DNA from: Candidatus Fermentibacteraceae bacterium
Lineage (GTDB): Bacteria; Fermentibacterota; Fermentibacteria; Fermentibacterales; JCC-6
Assembly (NCBI GenBank): GCA_041750285.1
Contig: JBGSZS010000016.1
Span: 43,591-107,590, forward strand
DNA length: 64,000 nucleotides
Direction: 5' to 3'
A program made the translations under genes and the position numbers. The notes beneath the pieces were generated by a model. The model saw only the letters and a program-made list of their open reading frames with translations. It did no database searches and had not been told where the DNA came from. Shown here in pieces: positions 29,154 through 38,185 of this stretch (within the stretch, counting starts at the first letter, position 1; every line of letters starts with the position of its first letter).

Positions 29154-30343
29154 CAGGAATCACCCCCCTCGCAGTTGCATTCCAGAGGAAGCTCCACAAA
29201 ACCGCCGACCATGTCACGGAAGCAGTTGCCCGCGGTCTGGCCAAGGCCGCACTTGCTGGAAACGGCCATCACGTCGCAGAGGTCGATGAAGGGCTGAAGG
29301 CATTCCTGGCAGCACACATCCCCCTCACGGAGGGCTGTGACGGCGTGCAGGAGCCTGGCATTCCCCTCCCTGCATGGCGTGCACTGTCCGCAGGACTCGT
29401 GGACGAAGAACTCCATGAAGTTCTCGAGGACCTCGAGCATGTCCCGGGAGCTGTCGAACACTATCACGCTGCCGCCCGGAGGGAGGTCACGGAAGGAGAG
29501 CACGCGGGCCGAGTCACCCTTCTTTATGGTCCTCCCGCTGGCCCCGCCGACCTGTACGGCCTGAACGTCACGTGCGCCCGCAAGGTCCAGAAGCTCCCCG
29601 ATCGAGGAACCCATGGCAAGCTCGTAAACGCCCGGCCTCTCGACGTCGCCCGATATGCTGAACAGCTTCGTGCCCGAATCGCCGCCCTCGCCAAGACCGA
29701 TGAACCACTCCGCACCGTTCAGGATGATGTGGGGAACCGCGCAGAACGTCTCGACGTTGTTCACTATGGTGGGCTTGTTAAGGTAACCCGCGTTCACGGG
29801 GAACGGCGGCTTGTTCCTGGGTTCGCCCCTGCGGCCTTCCATGCTCTCCAGAAGGGCGGTCTCCTCGCCGCAGACGTATGCCCCGGCTCCCATCCGCAGC
29901 TCGATGTCGAACGAGAACCCCGACCCGAGGATGTTCGCGCCGAGAAGGTTCTTCCTGCGCATCTCCGCTGCGGCCTTCTCTATCACCGGAACAAGGTAGG
30001 GATACTCGGCCCTCAGGTAGATGTAGCCCTGGTCGGAACCGATGGCGTAACCGCCGAGGGCCATGCCCTCGATCAACCGGTCAGCGTACTTCTCAAGAAG
30101 GACACGGTCCTTGAACGTGCCGGGCTCGCCCTCGTCAGCGTTGCAGACCACGTACTTCCTGTCGCCCGAGGCACCACCGGCGAGAACCCACTTCACTCCC
30201 GCGGGGAAGCCCGCGCCGCCCCTGCCCTGAAGCTTCGCATCCCTGACTTCGAAGGCCACGTCTGCGGGGGTCATCCCCAGGGCCTTCCGGAGGGCGCTTC
30301 CCAGCTCGGGCTGGTTCTCTGCGAGCAGCACTTTCCTTTCCAT
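29153..30343 (-). CDS. hydB: [FeFe]-hydrogenase NADH/FMN-binding subunit (NuoF-like, short form)
   Basis: GRGGAGFP, NADEGEPGTFKDR, GAGAYVCGEE and ESCGQCTPCREG; only 396 aa. Confidence 0.92.
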   Translation of the reverse strand: MERKVLLAENQPELGSALRKALGMTPADVAFEVRDAKLQGRGGAGFPAGVKWVLAGGASGDRKYVVCNADEGEPGTFKDRVLLEKYADRLIEGMALGGYAIGSDQGYIYLRAEYPYLVPVIEKAAAEMRRKNLLGANILGSGFSFDIELRMGAGAYVCGEETALLESMEGRRGEPRNKPPFPVNAGYLNKPTIVNNVETFCAVPHIILNGAEWFIGLGEGGDSGTKLFSISGDVERPGVYELAMGSSIGELLDLAGARDVQAVQVGGASGRTIKKGDSARVLSFRDLPPGGSVIVFDSSRDMLEVLENFMEFFVHESCGQCTPCREGNARLLHAVTALREGDVCCQECLQPFIDLCDVMAVSSKCGLGQTAGNCFRDMVGGFVELPLECNCEGGDS

Positions 30344-30354
30344 CGACGCCTCCT

Positions 30355-30816
30355 CTACTTAAGACCCGCGACTATGCCGCGGGCCTTCTCCGGCGTGAGC
30401 CGGGTGTGGGGCGTGCCGTTCACCAGCATCGCCGGCGCCTGATCGCAAAGCCCTATGCAAGCCGTGGTCTCGAGGGTCACCCGCCCGTCTGCCGTGGTGT
30501 CTCCAACCTCGATGCCAAGCTCTCCGCGCACCGCTTCCAGGACCTCGCGCTGCCCCTGCATCGCGCAACTGATCGTGCTGCAGATCCGGACTATGTTCCG
30601 GCCACGTGGCTCGGCCGACAGGAAACTGTAAAAACTGACCACGCTGTAAACCTCGGCGGCACTCACGCTGAGTGCCTCCGCTATCCCAATCATGGCCTCG
30701 GGGGGTATGAAGCCCAGCTCTTCGTTCACCTTCGTGAGAAGCTGTATCATCCGCTCACGTCCGCTGCCGTACTCCCTGAGCCCCTCGGCCACTATTTCCA
30801 TGCAGTCCCGTGACAC
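30355..30816 (-). CDS. hydC: [FeFe]-hydrogenase 2Fe-2S subunit (NuoE-like)
   Basis: VVSFYS, CSTISC and CIGLCDQAP. Confidence 0.92.
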   Translation of the reverse strand: MSRDCMEIVAEGLREYGSGRERMIQLLTKVNEELGFIPPEAMIGIAEALSVSAAEVYSVVSFYSFLSAEPRGRNIVRICSTISCAMQGQREVLEAVRGELGIEVGDTTADGRVTLETTACIGLCDQAPAMLVNGTPHTRLTPEKARGIVAGLK

Positions 30817-31214
30817 TACTTCTCCCCCTTCTCAAGTACTTCCCTGATACGGCTGATGAGGGTCGCGGGGGGAACCGGCTTCTCAAGGAACGCCTCGACC
30901 GGGAAAAAATCAGGATGTTCTTCGGGCTTGTAGTCGTAGCCCGTCACCTTGCCCACGCTTGTGAGCATGATGATGGGAACGGCACTGTGAAGACGCTGTC
31001 TGATGCGCCGCGCAACGGCGAAACCCTCGTCGGTGTTCTCCATCATCACGTCGAGAACCACGACGTCGGGATGTTCGCGTTCCACCATCTCAAGTCCGGC
31101 CGCGCCGCTCGCGGCCGTGAGCACCTGGAAACCCGCGGCTTCCAGTACGATGCTGTTGGCTTCGATGAAGTCCGGATCATCGTCCACCAGCAGCACCCTG
31201 ATCCTGTCTGACAT
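30816..31214 (-). CDS. Stand-alone response regulator receiver protein
   Basis: LLVDDD, VLDVMM, MLTS and LEKP. Its stop overlaps the hydC start. Confidence 0.92.
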   Translation of the reverse strand: MSDRIRVLLVDDDPDFIEANSIVLEAAGFQVLTAASGAAGLEMVEREHPDVVVLDVMMENTDEGFAVARRIRQRLHSAVPIIMLTSVGKVTGYDYKPEEHPDFFPVEAFLEKPVPPATLISRIREVLEKGEK

Positions 31215-31287
31215 TATACGCCCCTTCCGGCTTACGCTCGCCTTCCTGAAGGTTCACCACTGAACTGCCTGGATGCCGTAAAGTGGT

Positions 31288-31316
31288 ATTAGACAACAGT
31301 TAGAAGTGAAAGTCAA
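31288..31316 (-). promoter_or_regulatory. Putative sigma70 promoter of the REC-hydCBA operon
   Basis: Minus strand TTGACT, a 17-nt spacer and TCTAAT. Confidence 0.55.
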
Positions 31317-31385
31317 GTGTGGTTGGGCATGCCTGCAACATCGCTTCAACTCGTTGCGTGTCAATGGCAACGATATGCCAGGTGT

Positions 31386-31778
31386 TTACGGGGATGCTGT
31401 GAAAGCTGTAACGTTAACGTCTGATGCTTCCTGCGCCCTGACAAAGTGGGGCATCCCTTCGGGCAGGACCAGGGACAGTTCCACCAGTCCCGCAACGGCT
31501 CCGGAAGAATCACGCCAGGCGCTCTGAAAGATCAGTTTCTTCGTGCCGTTCTTCTCAATGGTGTAGACATTCGAACCGCCCGTTCTCATGATCTCCTCTA
31601 TCTTCGCCCTCGACCGCGCGTTATGGCATGCCATCAGGTCGGTTCCCAGCAGCGCCCGGCCACCTTTGGCAGCCCATGTCGCCGCTGCGGCGTCGTTCAT
31701 GTAGACGATCCTGTGTTCTCTGTCGGAAACCGTCACCGCTCCCGGCAGGCTGCTCACCCAGTCCGGCATTGCGTTCAC
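31386..31778 (-). CDS. Stand-alone PAS domain protein
   Basis: AVTVSD...IVYMNDAA...LLGTDLMACH...NVYTIEKNG. GTG 31778 follows GAGGAG; ATG 31769 is an alternative start. Confidence 0.8.
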   Translation of the reverse strand: MNAMPDWVSSLPGAVTVSDREHRIVYMNDAAAATWAAKGGRALLGTDLMACHNARSRAKIEEIMRTGGSNVYTIEKNGTKKLIFQSAWRDSSGAVAGLVELSLVLPEGMPHFVRAQEASDVNVTAFTASP

Positions 31779-31812
31779 GACACTCCTCTCCCGGGAAACC
31801 TGCGGTCTCCCG

Positions 31813-32418
31813 TCATCCACGCCTTCGTGGAGTGGCCCGGCAGTAACGCCGGAACTCCCCCGGGGTGTTGAGGTTCACGAAGGAATTCAGCAGAGGGTCG
31901 CATTCCCTGACAGTCTCCTCGTGGACTACCCCCACGTTCACGGATCCATAGAAGCCGGTGGCTTTTGCGTTGCCCGATCCGATGTACGCCCTGATGGGGT
32001 CTATGCATGAGCGCACGTAAACGGCGCATAGAGGTTCGTAGAAGCCCCGGACGACCGGGACCGTCACGTCCGCCCCGTTCAGGGCCTGTGAGCATATCCT
32101 TCCGACCAGTTCGGGTTCGATGAAGGGCATGTCACATCCCATGACGAAAACACGGGGGTTCCCCGCGGCCAGAAGTCCCGAAAGAACACCGACAAGGGGA
32201 GATCTCAGGGGCATCACATCCGTGACCGGCGTGACACACGCCGGAAAGATGCCTGGAGTGCGCCCCGCGACGAGCACTTCTTCAAACATGCCTTCAAGCC
32301 TTGTCAGGATGTGCTCGAGAATGGGCTTTCCATGAAAGGACAGAAGGTGTTTGGGAATTCCCATTCTGCTGGATTCCCCTCCAGCAAGGATCAGAAGCGA
32401 AAAGCCCGGAAGAAGCAA
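31813..32418 (-). CDS. mobA: Molybdenum cofactor guanylyltransferase
   Basis: ILAGGESSRMG..K, GCDMP, EPLCAVY and NLNTP. Start trimmed to TTG 32418 (uncertain). Confidence 0.88.
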   Translation of the reverse strand: MLLPGFSLLILAGGESSRMGIPKHLLSFHGKPILEHILTRLEGMFEEVLVAGRTPGIFPACVTPVTDVMPLRSPLVGVLSGLLAAGNPRVFVMGCDMPFIEPELVGRICSQALNGADVTVPVVRGFYEPLCAVYVRSCIDPIRAYIGSGNAKATGFYGSVNVGVVHEETVRECDPLLNSFVNLNTPGEFRRYCRATPRRRG

Positions 32419-32717
32419 GCAACGCCTTTCTATGTGCGACTGGGAGCGACTCGTGCGCTCCACGTCGAAAATGGGCCTTTGATGAAGGGTAGCACCCTCA
32501 TTTCCCGGGTGGGTGACGCCATCGGAAACAGCCCCGTCCACTCCGTCCGGTTCGCCCTGCGAAGCCGATACCCGTTCAAAGGCCTCACAGGGCGATACCT
32601 GACAAGGACGTACCACCTTCGTCAAGGGGGCTTCCCGGTACCGTTCGGAACTCGGCCGAGAAGACCGTGGAGAAGAACGGAAAGACCAGAAGAACCTGCG
32701 ATCCGGGCAGGAGCCTC

Positions 32718-34136
32718 TCAGTACCTGTACGTCTCCGGCTTGTACGGTCCGTCAACCGGCACGCCTATATAGTCGGCCTGCTCCGGTGTGAGCCTCGAAA
32801 GCCTTGCCCCGAGCTTCTGAAGGTGGAGCATGGCCACTTCCTCGTCGAGCTTCTTCGGAAGAACGTAGACGCCTATACCCGGCTTCTCGCGGACCAGGGC
32901 GATCTGTGCCAGGCACTGGTTGGTGAAGCTGCTGCTCATGACGAAGCTGGGGTGCCCCGTGGCACAGCCGAGGTTCACGAGCCTGCCCTCGGCAAGAAGG
33001 TAGATGCAGTGACCGTCGGGGAAGGTGAACCTGTGAACCTGGGGCTTAATCTCTTCCTTGCCCACCCCGGGCAGGGACTCGAGCGCGTCGACCTGGATCT
33101 CGTTGTCGAAGTGGCCGATGTTGCAGACTATCGACTGGTCCTTCATGCGTCTCATGTGATCGGCCGTTATGACGTCACGGTTGCCCGTGGCGGTGACGTA
33201 GATGTCCGCCTCGGGGAGGGCGAGTTCGACGGTGGTCACCTCGTAGCCCTCCATCGCTGCCTGGAGGGCACAGATCGGATCGATCTCGGTCACGAGGACC
33301 CTTGCCCCGAAACCCCTCATGCTCTGGCAGCAGCCCTTGCCCACGTCGCCGAAACCGCAAACGAGAACGGTCTTTCCCGCGACCATCACGTCGGTGGCCC
33401 TCTTGATCCCGTCGGCGAGTGACTCGCGGCAACCGTAAAGGTTGTCGAACTTGCTCTTGGTCACCGAATCGTTGACATTGTAAGCCGGGAACAGCAGCTG
33501 CCCTTCCGAAAGCATCCTGTAGAGCCTGTGCACCCCCGTGGTTGTCTCCTCGCTGACACCGATCATGCCACGGGCGGTCCTGCTCCAGAACCCTGCATCA
33601 TCGGAGAGGCCCCCGATGAGATTCTCCCGCATGCGGCGCAGGTCTTCGGGGCCGTCGCCGATGGCAGGCAGCACTCCGGTCTCCCTGAACTCCTTCTCGA
33701 GCGCAACGCCCGCGTGGATCATCAGTGTGGCGTCTCCCCCGTCGTCCATGATCAGCTGGGGACCCAGCCCCCCCCCGAAGGTCAGGGCCATCCTGGTGCA
33801 CCACCAGTACTCCTCCAGGGTCTCGCCCTTCCAGGCGAACACCGGCACTCCAACGGCGGCGATGGCCGCCGCCGCGTGGTCCTGCGTGCTGAAGATGTTG
33901 CAGCTTGCCCATCTCACGTCGGCGCCGAGTTCGCGCAGGGTCTCGATGAGAACAGCGGTCTGGACAGTCATGTGAAGCGACCCGGAAAGACGCAGACCGG
34001 CAAGCGGCTTCATGGGGCCATAGTTCCGTCTGATGGCCATCAGTCCGGGCATTTCGTGTTCGGCGATGGCTATCTCCCTTTGACCGAAAGCGGCCAGGGA
34101 AGGATCGGCCACACGGAAATCGTTCTCAGCGCTCAT
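32718..34136 (-). CDS. ahcY: Adenosylhomocysteinase (SAH hydrolase)
   Basis: [34 protein letters not shown] and [18 protein letters not shown]. Confidence 0.98.
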   Translation of the reverse strand: MSAENDFRVADPSLAAFGQREIAIAEHEMPGLMAIRRNYGPMKPLAGLRLSGSLHMTVQTAVLIETLRELGADVRWASCNIFSTQDHAAAAIAAVGVPVFAWKGETLEEYWWCTRMALTFGGGLGPQLIMDDGGDATLMIHAGVALEKEFRETGVLPAIGDGPEDLRRMRENLIGGLSDDAGFWSRTARGMIGVSEETTTGVHRLYRMLSEGQLLFPAYNVNDSVTKSKFDNLYGCRESLADGIKRATDVMVAGKTVLVCGFGDVGKGCCQSMRGFGARVLVTEIDPICALQAAMEGYEVTTVELALPEADIYVTATGNRDVITADHMRRMKDQSIVCNIGHFDNEIQVDALESLPGVGKEEIKPQVHRFTFPDGHCIYLLAEGRLVNLGCATGHPSFVMSSSFTNQCLAQIALVREKPGIGVYVLPKKLDEEVAMLHLQKLGARLSRLTPEQADYIGVPVDGPYKPETYRY

Positions 34137-35049
34137 CTTGTTCTCCCTTCTCGAATGACAGGATCATCATCGAATGTTCTTCGAACACCTTCGTAGCCTT
34201 CAGGGTCAGCCCCGCATCACGGCACCAGGCAAGGAGCTCATCCGGCGAGAAACCGGGCCAGAGGTCGCCGTGACGCTGGCGGAACGAATCAGAGGAGTGG
34301 CCCGTGAACTCCACGAGAACCAGCCGGCCATTGCCGCGGATGACCCTGGCGGCTTCGAGCAGTGCCTCTCCGGGGTTTCCCGCGTGGTGAAGCATGAAGT
34401 GCATGACAGCGGCATCGACCGAACCGTCGCCCAGCGGCAGGTGCTCGGCCTCGCCGAGCCTCAGATCGACACGCGATGCCAGCCCCTTCTCCCCCGCCGA
34501 TGCTGCCGCGGCGTCGAGCATTTCAGGCGAGTTGTCGACGCCCACGACCTTCCCCGACACACCGGTCAGGAACGGGATCATGTGGCCCGCTCCCACACCG
34601 ATCTCCAGAAGTGAGCCGGGGCTGCCGAGAATCCCGGCCAGGGAATCACGGTAGACCTCGAAAGGGGGCAGGCTTTCACGCACGAGGTTCCACTGTTCAC
34701 CCAGGGCGCCGAAGAACTCCCTTGACCTGTTCCGCCTCTCACGGTGGAGCGCTGAGAGCCTTCTCAGATCGGAAGCCGAACAGGAGAGCGCGCCCAGGTT
34801 CGAAGTCGCTGTTTGCAGAAGCCCCGAGACGATAGGCTCATCGGGATTGATCCCGTAGAAGGCCCAGCCCCTCTCTCCGCGGCGGCGAACGATCCCCGCA
34901 TCGGTGAGCTGCTTCAGGTGATGGCTGGCGTTGGATTGGGAAAGCCCGAGGACCGAGGCTATCTCGCCCACGGAAAGGGGGCCCCGCGAAAGGATCATGA
35001 CGATCCTGAGGCGGTTCCGGTCACCCAGTGCGCGAAAGATCCGTTCCAT
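34126..35049 (-). CDS. sahR: ArsR HTH plus SAM-methyltransferase-fold regulator (SahR-type)
   Basis: ArsR HTH ([19 protein letters not shown]) fused to a methyltransferase fold ([16 protein letters not shown]); lies directly upstream of ahcY. Confidence 0.82.
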   Translation of the reverse strand: MERIFRALGDRNRLRIVMILSRGPLSVGEIASVLGLSQSNASHHLKQLTDAGIVRRRGERGWAFYGINPDEPIVSGLLQTATSNLGALSCSASDLRRLSALHRERRNRSREFFGALGEQWNLVRESLPPFEVYRDSLAGILGSPGSLLEIGVGAGHMIPFLTGVSGKVVGVDNSPEMLDAAAASAGEKGLASRVDLRLGEAEHLPLGDGSVDAAVMHFMLHHAGNPGEALLEAARVIRGNGRLVLVEFTGHSSDSFRQRHGDLWPGFSPDELLAWCRDAGLTLKATKVFEEHSMMILSFEKGEQDER

Positions 35050-35055
35050 GCCATG

Positions 35056-35084
35056 AGTATATCAACATATGTTCATATAGTCAA
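35056..35084 (-). promoter_or_regulatory. sahR promoter with an overlapping palindromic operator
   Basis: Minus strand TTGACT (35084-35079), 17 nt, TATACT (35061-35056). The palindrome TATATCAACATATGTTCATATA (35058-35079) has one mismatched pair. Confidence 0.8.
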
Positions 35085-35167
35085 TGACCAGCCGCAGCCA
35101 CGCCCATGACATGTGCTTGTCTATTGGCTACATTCCCCATGTCGCATCACTTAAAAGGGGGGCCGAT

Positions 35168-38100
35168 GTGACGGAACGCCCGCGCTCCTCTCCGGGGACA
35201 TGCAGCATCCCCGAAGAGAACCGAAAGGTTGCCGTTCTGACCTTCAGTGCAGACGGGCTCGACGGTCTCATCAACGTGCTCGATCCGCCCGTCGTCCTGA
35301 GTTACCTCGATTCGCTCTTCACGGACCTGCGCAGATCGGTGAACGATTTCGACGGGGATGTGAAGGAATCCGACGGCTCGAGGTTTGCCGCCGTCTTCGC
35401 TCCCGTAAGGTACGGAATGCGCCAGTGTCTGCAGTCCGTGGAGTGCGCGGTGCAGCTCATGCAGAAGTTCGGCGACCTCACCCGGGCCCTTCGTGAGAAG
35501 GGCATGGAGATACACTGCAGGGTGGGGATCGCATGGGGGCCCGCAAACGAGTCCACCTTCGGGATGTCCGCAGCTTTGCAGGAAGCAGCGGGTGCCGACG
35601 GCATGCTCGCCTCTCCCGAAGTTGCCGGCATGTCGGCGGACAAATGGGACTGGGAGCGCTTCGAATCGGCAGCGAACGGTCTCAGGGCCATGCGGATCTC
35701 ATCCAGGAAGGACCCGGTCGGTTCCCCGGCTTTTGCTCCCGGCCACCCTTTGTACGAAACCATGACGGCATCATGGGAGGATTTCCTGAAGGAGGGCGAC
35801 GGGGCGTCATGGGGTGTGGCCATCATCGGTGACCAGGGGCTCGGGAAGAACATCCTCGCCGAGGAGTATGCGGCAAGCATATCCCGCGGATCCGAGAGGG
35901 TCGTGGTGTGCAGCGGATTCAACAGGGAGGGACAGCCTCCCATGGGGATGTGGTTCGTGATCGGGGGGGAAAGGGCGAGGCCGGGCGGCGAGCATCTGCC
36001 GATATGGCTCGCCGGCGCGCTGAGGGAACTGGCCGGGACGAACAGAAGGGCCATCGTTCTTGTCCGCGACGTTCACTGCGCGGACGAGTCTTCCCTGAAG
36101 GTCCTCTCAAGGCTGCTCGTGATGCCGCCGGAGGGATTGTCGCTCTTCTTCATACTTGTGGGCGAGCGCATTCCCGAACAGCTGCCTGCGAACAGGTTGA
36201 ACATAGTCAGGCCTTCGCCCCTCGACAGAGCCCGGATAACGTCATTCGTGAACAGCGCTCTCGACGGCGCCAAGCAGGCGGGGCTGGTCGACTCGCTTTC
36301 CTACTACCTCCACAAGTCGACCCTTGGATTCCCCGTGTTCGTCCATCAGACACTTCTCTACATGGTCTCACGGGGAATTCTGGCCAAGGGGGAGGACGGT
36401 GTATGGAGGCCGCTGCGAAAGCTCACGGGCATGCCCCCCTCCGTGGAAGCGGTCCTTCACGGCAGGATGGCGGGCCTTCCCCCGGAGATGCGTGCCGGAC
36501 TGCAGCTGGCGGGGCTTCTTGGCCGAAGCTTCAGACGCGACCTCTTTCTCCGGGTACACCAGTCCATATGGGGTTCCGACGGCGAACCCGTTCTGGAGGG
36601 ACTTGTTGTTGCCGGTTTCCTCACCGGGCACGACCAGTACTGCCACTTCAGGGGAAGCCAGATGGCGGCCGCGGCGGAGAGCCTCCTGACATCGGAAAAC
36701 GCCGGCAGGATCCATCGTACCGCTGCGGCATTGCTCGCTGAAGGCCGCTCTCCCCGGTCCGATGAGCCCTGCGCGCTCGAAACCGCGAACCACCTGGCCG
36801 CCGCGGGCCTCCATGAAGACGCGCTTCCCTGGGCACTGGCGGCCCTTGAACAGATGGTCTCGGTCCTCGATTGCGAAGGCGGCCTCCATCTGCTGGATCG
36901 GATCAGGGATTGGCCCGTTGGACCCTTCGATACCGAAACCGAGCGCAAGGCCGTTCACGCGGAATTCAAACTCAAGGCGCACAAGGGCTGTTTTCAGGAA
37001 GCGTTCGCGATCTACGACAGGGCCCTTTCCCTTGCACGTCCATCCGACATCCCGGTGCTTGAACTCATAAAGGCAAGGATACTGGCGGAAACAGGCGAAA
37101 ACCTTCAGGCCGTCGCCCTTCTGGAGAGACTGCTTCAGAGCTCTGAACCGGGCGGGGAGATCATGGCCATAGTCCTCTCCAGGCTCAGCAAGCTCTTCGC
37201 GCAGCTTGGAAACATGCAGAAGTCCAGGGAATACCAGGACAAGGCGCTGGAACTGGTTGACCGGAACCCTGACCTCATGGAGTGCATCCTGGGCAACCTT
37301 GCCATGACCAGGCTTCTGGCCGGAGATACGGTCAAGGCCGAGGAACTCTGCCGCAAAGCCATCGACACGAACCGTTTCGGCGGAAACCTGAAGCTCATGG
37401 CCACCCTGCTGGGCGCCCTTTCAATCATTGCGCTGCGAACGGGGCGGGAGAAAGAGGGATTGGAGCTTTCGACGGCGGCCGCCGAGATCCACCGCCGGAT
37501 CGGAGACAGCCAGGGTTTGTGCAGTGTTCTGGGAAACACCGGCACAATGCTCGCCCGGTCGGGAAGGCTGGCACCCGCCCTCGAAGCCCTGCACGAAGCC
37601 CTGGAGATAGCCAGGCACCTGGGAAGCACCGCGCTGGTCTCAAACTTCACGCACAGCATCGGAAACATCTTCAGCATCCTCCACAGATACGACGAAGCCG
37701 AGGCTCATTTCATGGAATCGCTGTCAACGGCCGAAACCTCGGGCAACGCAAGGATGATGGCCGCCGTCCTGACCGGCCTCGGAGCGATGAAGATCGGGAC
37801 CGGCGCCCTGGACGAAGCCGAGCGCTGCTTCTCAAGGGCAAACAGGATGCATCACAGGGCGGGCAGCATCATCGGGCAGGCCCATTCCCTTTCAGGGGTA
37901 GCGCAGGTCCATCTGATCAGGGGAGAACCGGAAAAGGCACTGCCAATGGTCGGTGAAGCCGAAGTCCTTGCCTTGGCGGGGGGCGATCCGCAAGCCGCCG
38001 TCGACATCCGTTTCCTGAAGGCCAGGATCCTTCTGGCCCTGGGCATGAAGAACGAGGCCCTCGAAGTCTATCAGGATGCGTGCAGGGGGTGCGCCGAGCA

Positions 38101-38185
38101 AGGTATGACCGTCGGCGGCACCGAACACAAGTCGGCCGTCGAAGAGGAGATGACCAGCCTCGGCATGACCTTTCAGATCGAATAG
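35168..38185 (+). CDS. Degenerate class III cyclase - STAND ATPase - TPR protein
   Basis: Cyclase-like N-terminus (VAVLTF...CRVGIAWG), Walker A GDQGLGKN, Walker B-like VLVRDVHCAD, GFP motif and many TPRs. Start set at GTG 35168 after AGGGGG. Confidence 0.8.
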   Translation: MTERPRSSPGTCSIPEENRKVAVLTFSADGLDGLINVLDPPVVLSYLDSLFTDLRRSVNDFDGDVKESDGSRFAAVFAPVRYGMRQCLQSVECAVQLMQKFGDLTRALREKGMEIHCRVGIAWGPANESTFGMSAALQEAAGADGMLASPEVAGMSADKWDWERFESAANGLRAMRISSRKDPVGSPAFAPGHPLYETMTASWEDFLKEGDGASWGVAIIGDQGLGKNILAEEYAASISRGSERVVVCSGFNREGQPPMGMWFVIGGERARPGGEHLPIWLAGALRELAGTNRRAIVLVRDVHCADESSLKVLSRLLVMPPEGLSLFFILVGERIPEQLPANRLNIVRPSPLDRARITSFVNSALDGAKQAGLVDSLSYYLHKSTLGFPVFVHQTLLYMVSRGILAKGEDGVWRPLRKLTGMPPSVEAVLHGRMAGLPPEMRAGLQLAGLLGRSFRRDLFLRVHQSIWGSDGEPVLEGLVVAGFLTGHDQYCHFRGSQMAAAAESLLTSENAGRIHRTAAALLAEGRSPRSDEPCALETANHLAAAGLHEDALPWALAALEQMVSVLDCEGGLHLLDRIRDWPVGPFDTETERKAVHAEFKLKAHKGCFQEAFAIYDRALSLARPSDIPVLELIKARILAETGENLQAVALLERLLQSSEPGGEIMAIVLSRLSKLFAQLGNMQKSREYQDKALELVDRNPDLMECILGNLAMTRLLAGDTVKAEELCRKAIDTNRFGGNLKLMATLLGALSIIALRTGREKEGLELSTAAAEIHRRIGDSQGLCSVLGNTGTMLARSGRLAPALEALHEALEIARHLGSTALVSNFTHSIGNIFSILHRYDEAEAHFMESLSTAETSGNARMMAAVLTGLGAMKIGTGALDEAERCFSRANRMHHRAGSIIGQAHSLSGVAQVHLIRGEPEKALPMVGEAEVLALAGGDPQAAVDIRFLKARILLALGMKNEALEVYQDACRGCAEQGMTVGGTEHKSAVEEEMTSLGMTFQIE

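Noticed and set aside
27282..29297. 671-aa + strand ORF, and similar long antisense ORFs such as 7522-9135, 5112-6248 and 29345-30442
   Set aside because: These are shadows of well-supported minus-strand genes, expected from high GC3, and show no recognisable motifs.
31367..31380. TGGCATATCGTTGC upstream of the hydrogenase operon as a sigma54 promoter
   Set aside because: The GG-to-GC spacing is 9 nt rather than the required 10.
32425..32717. Canonical Moco riboswitch or tRNA-Sec upstream of mobA
   Set aside because: I could not match the conserved elements or a cloverleaf by eye, so it is reported only as an unassigned structured region.
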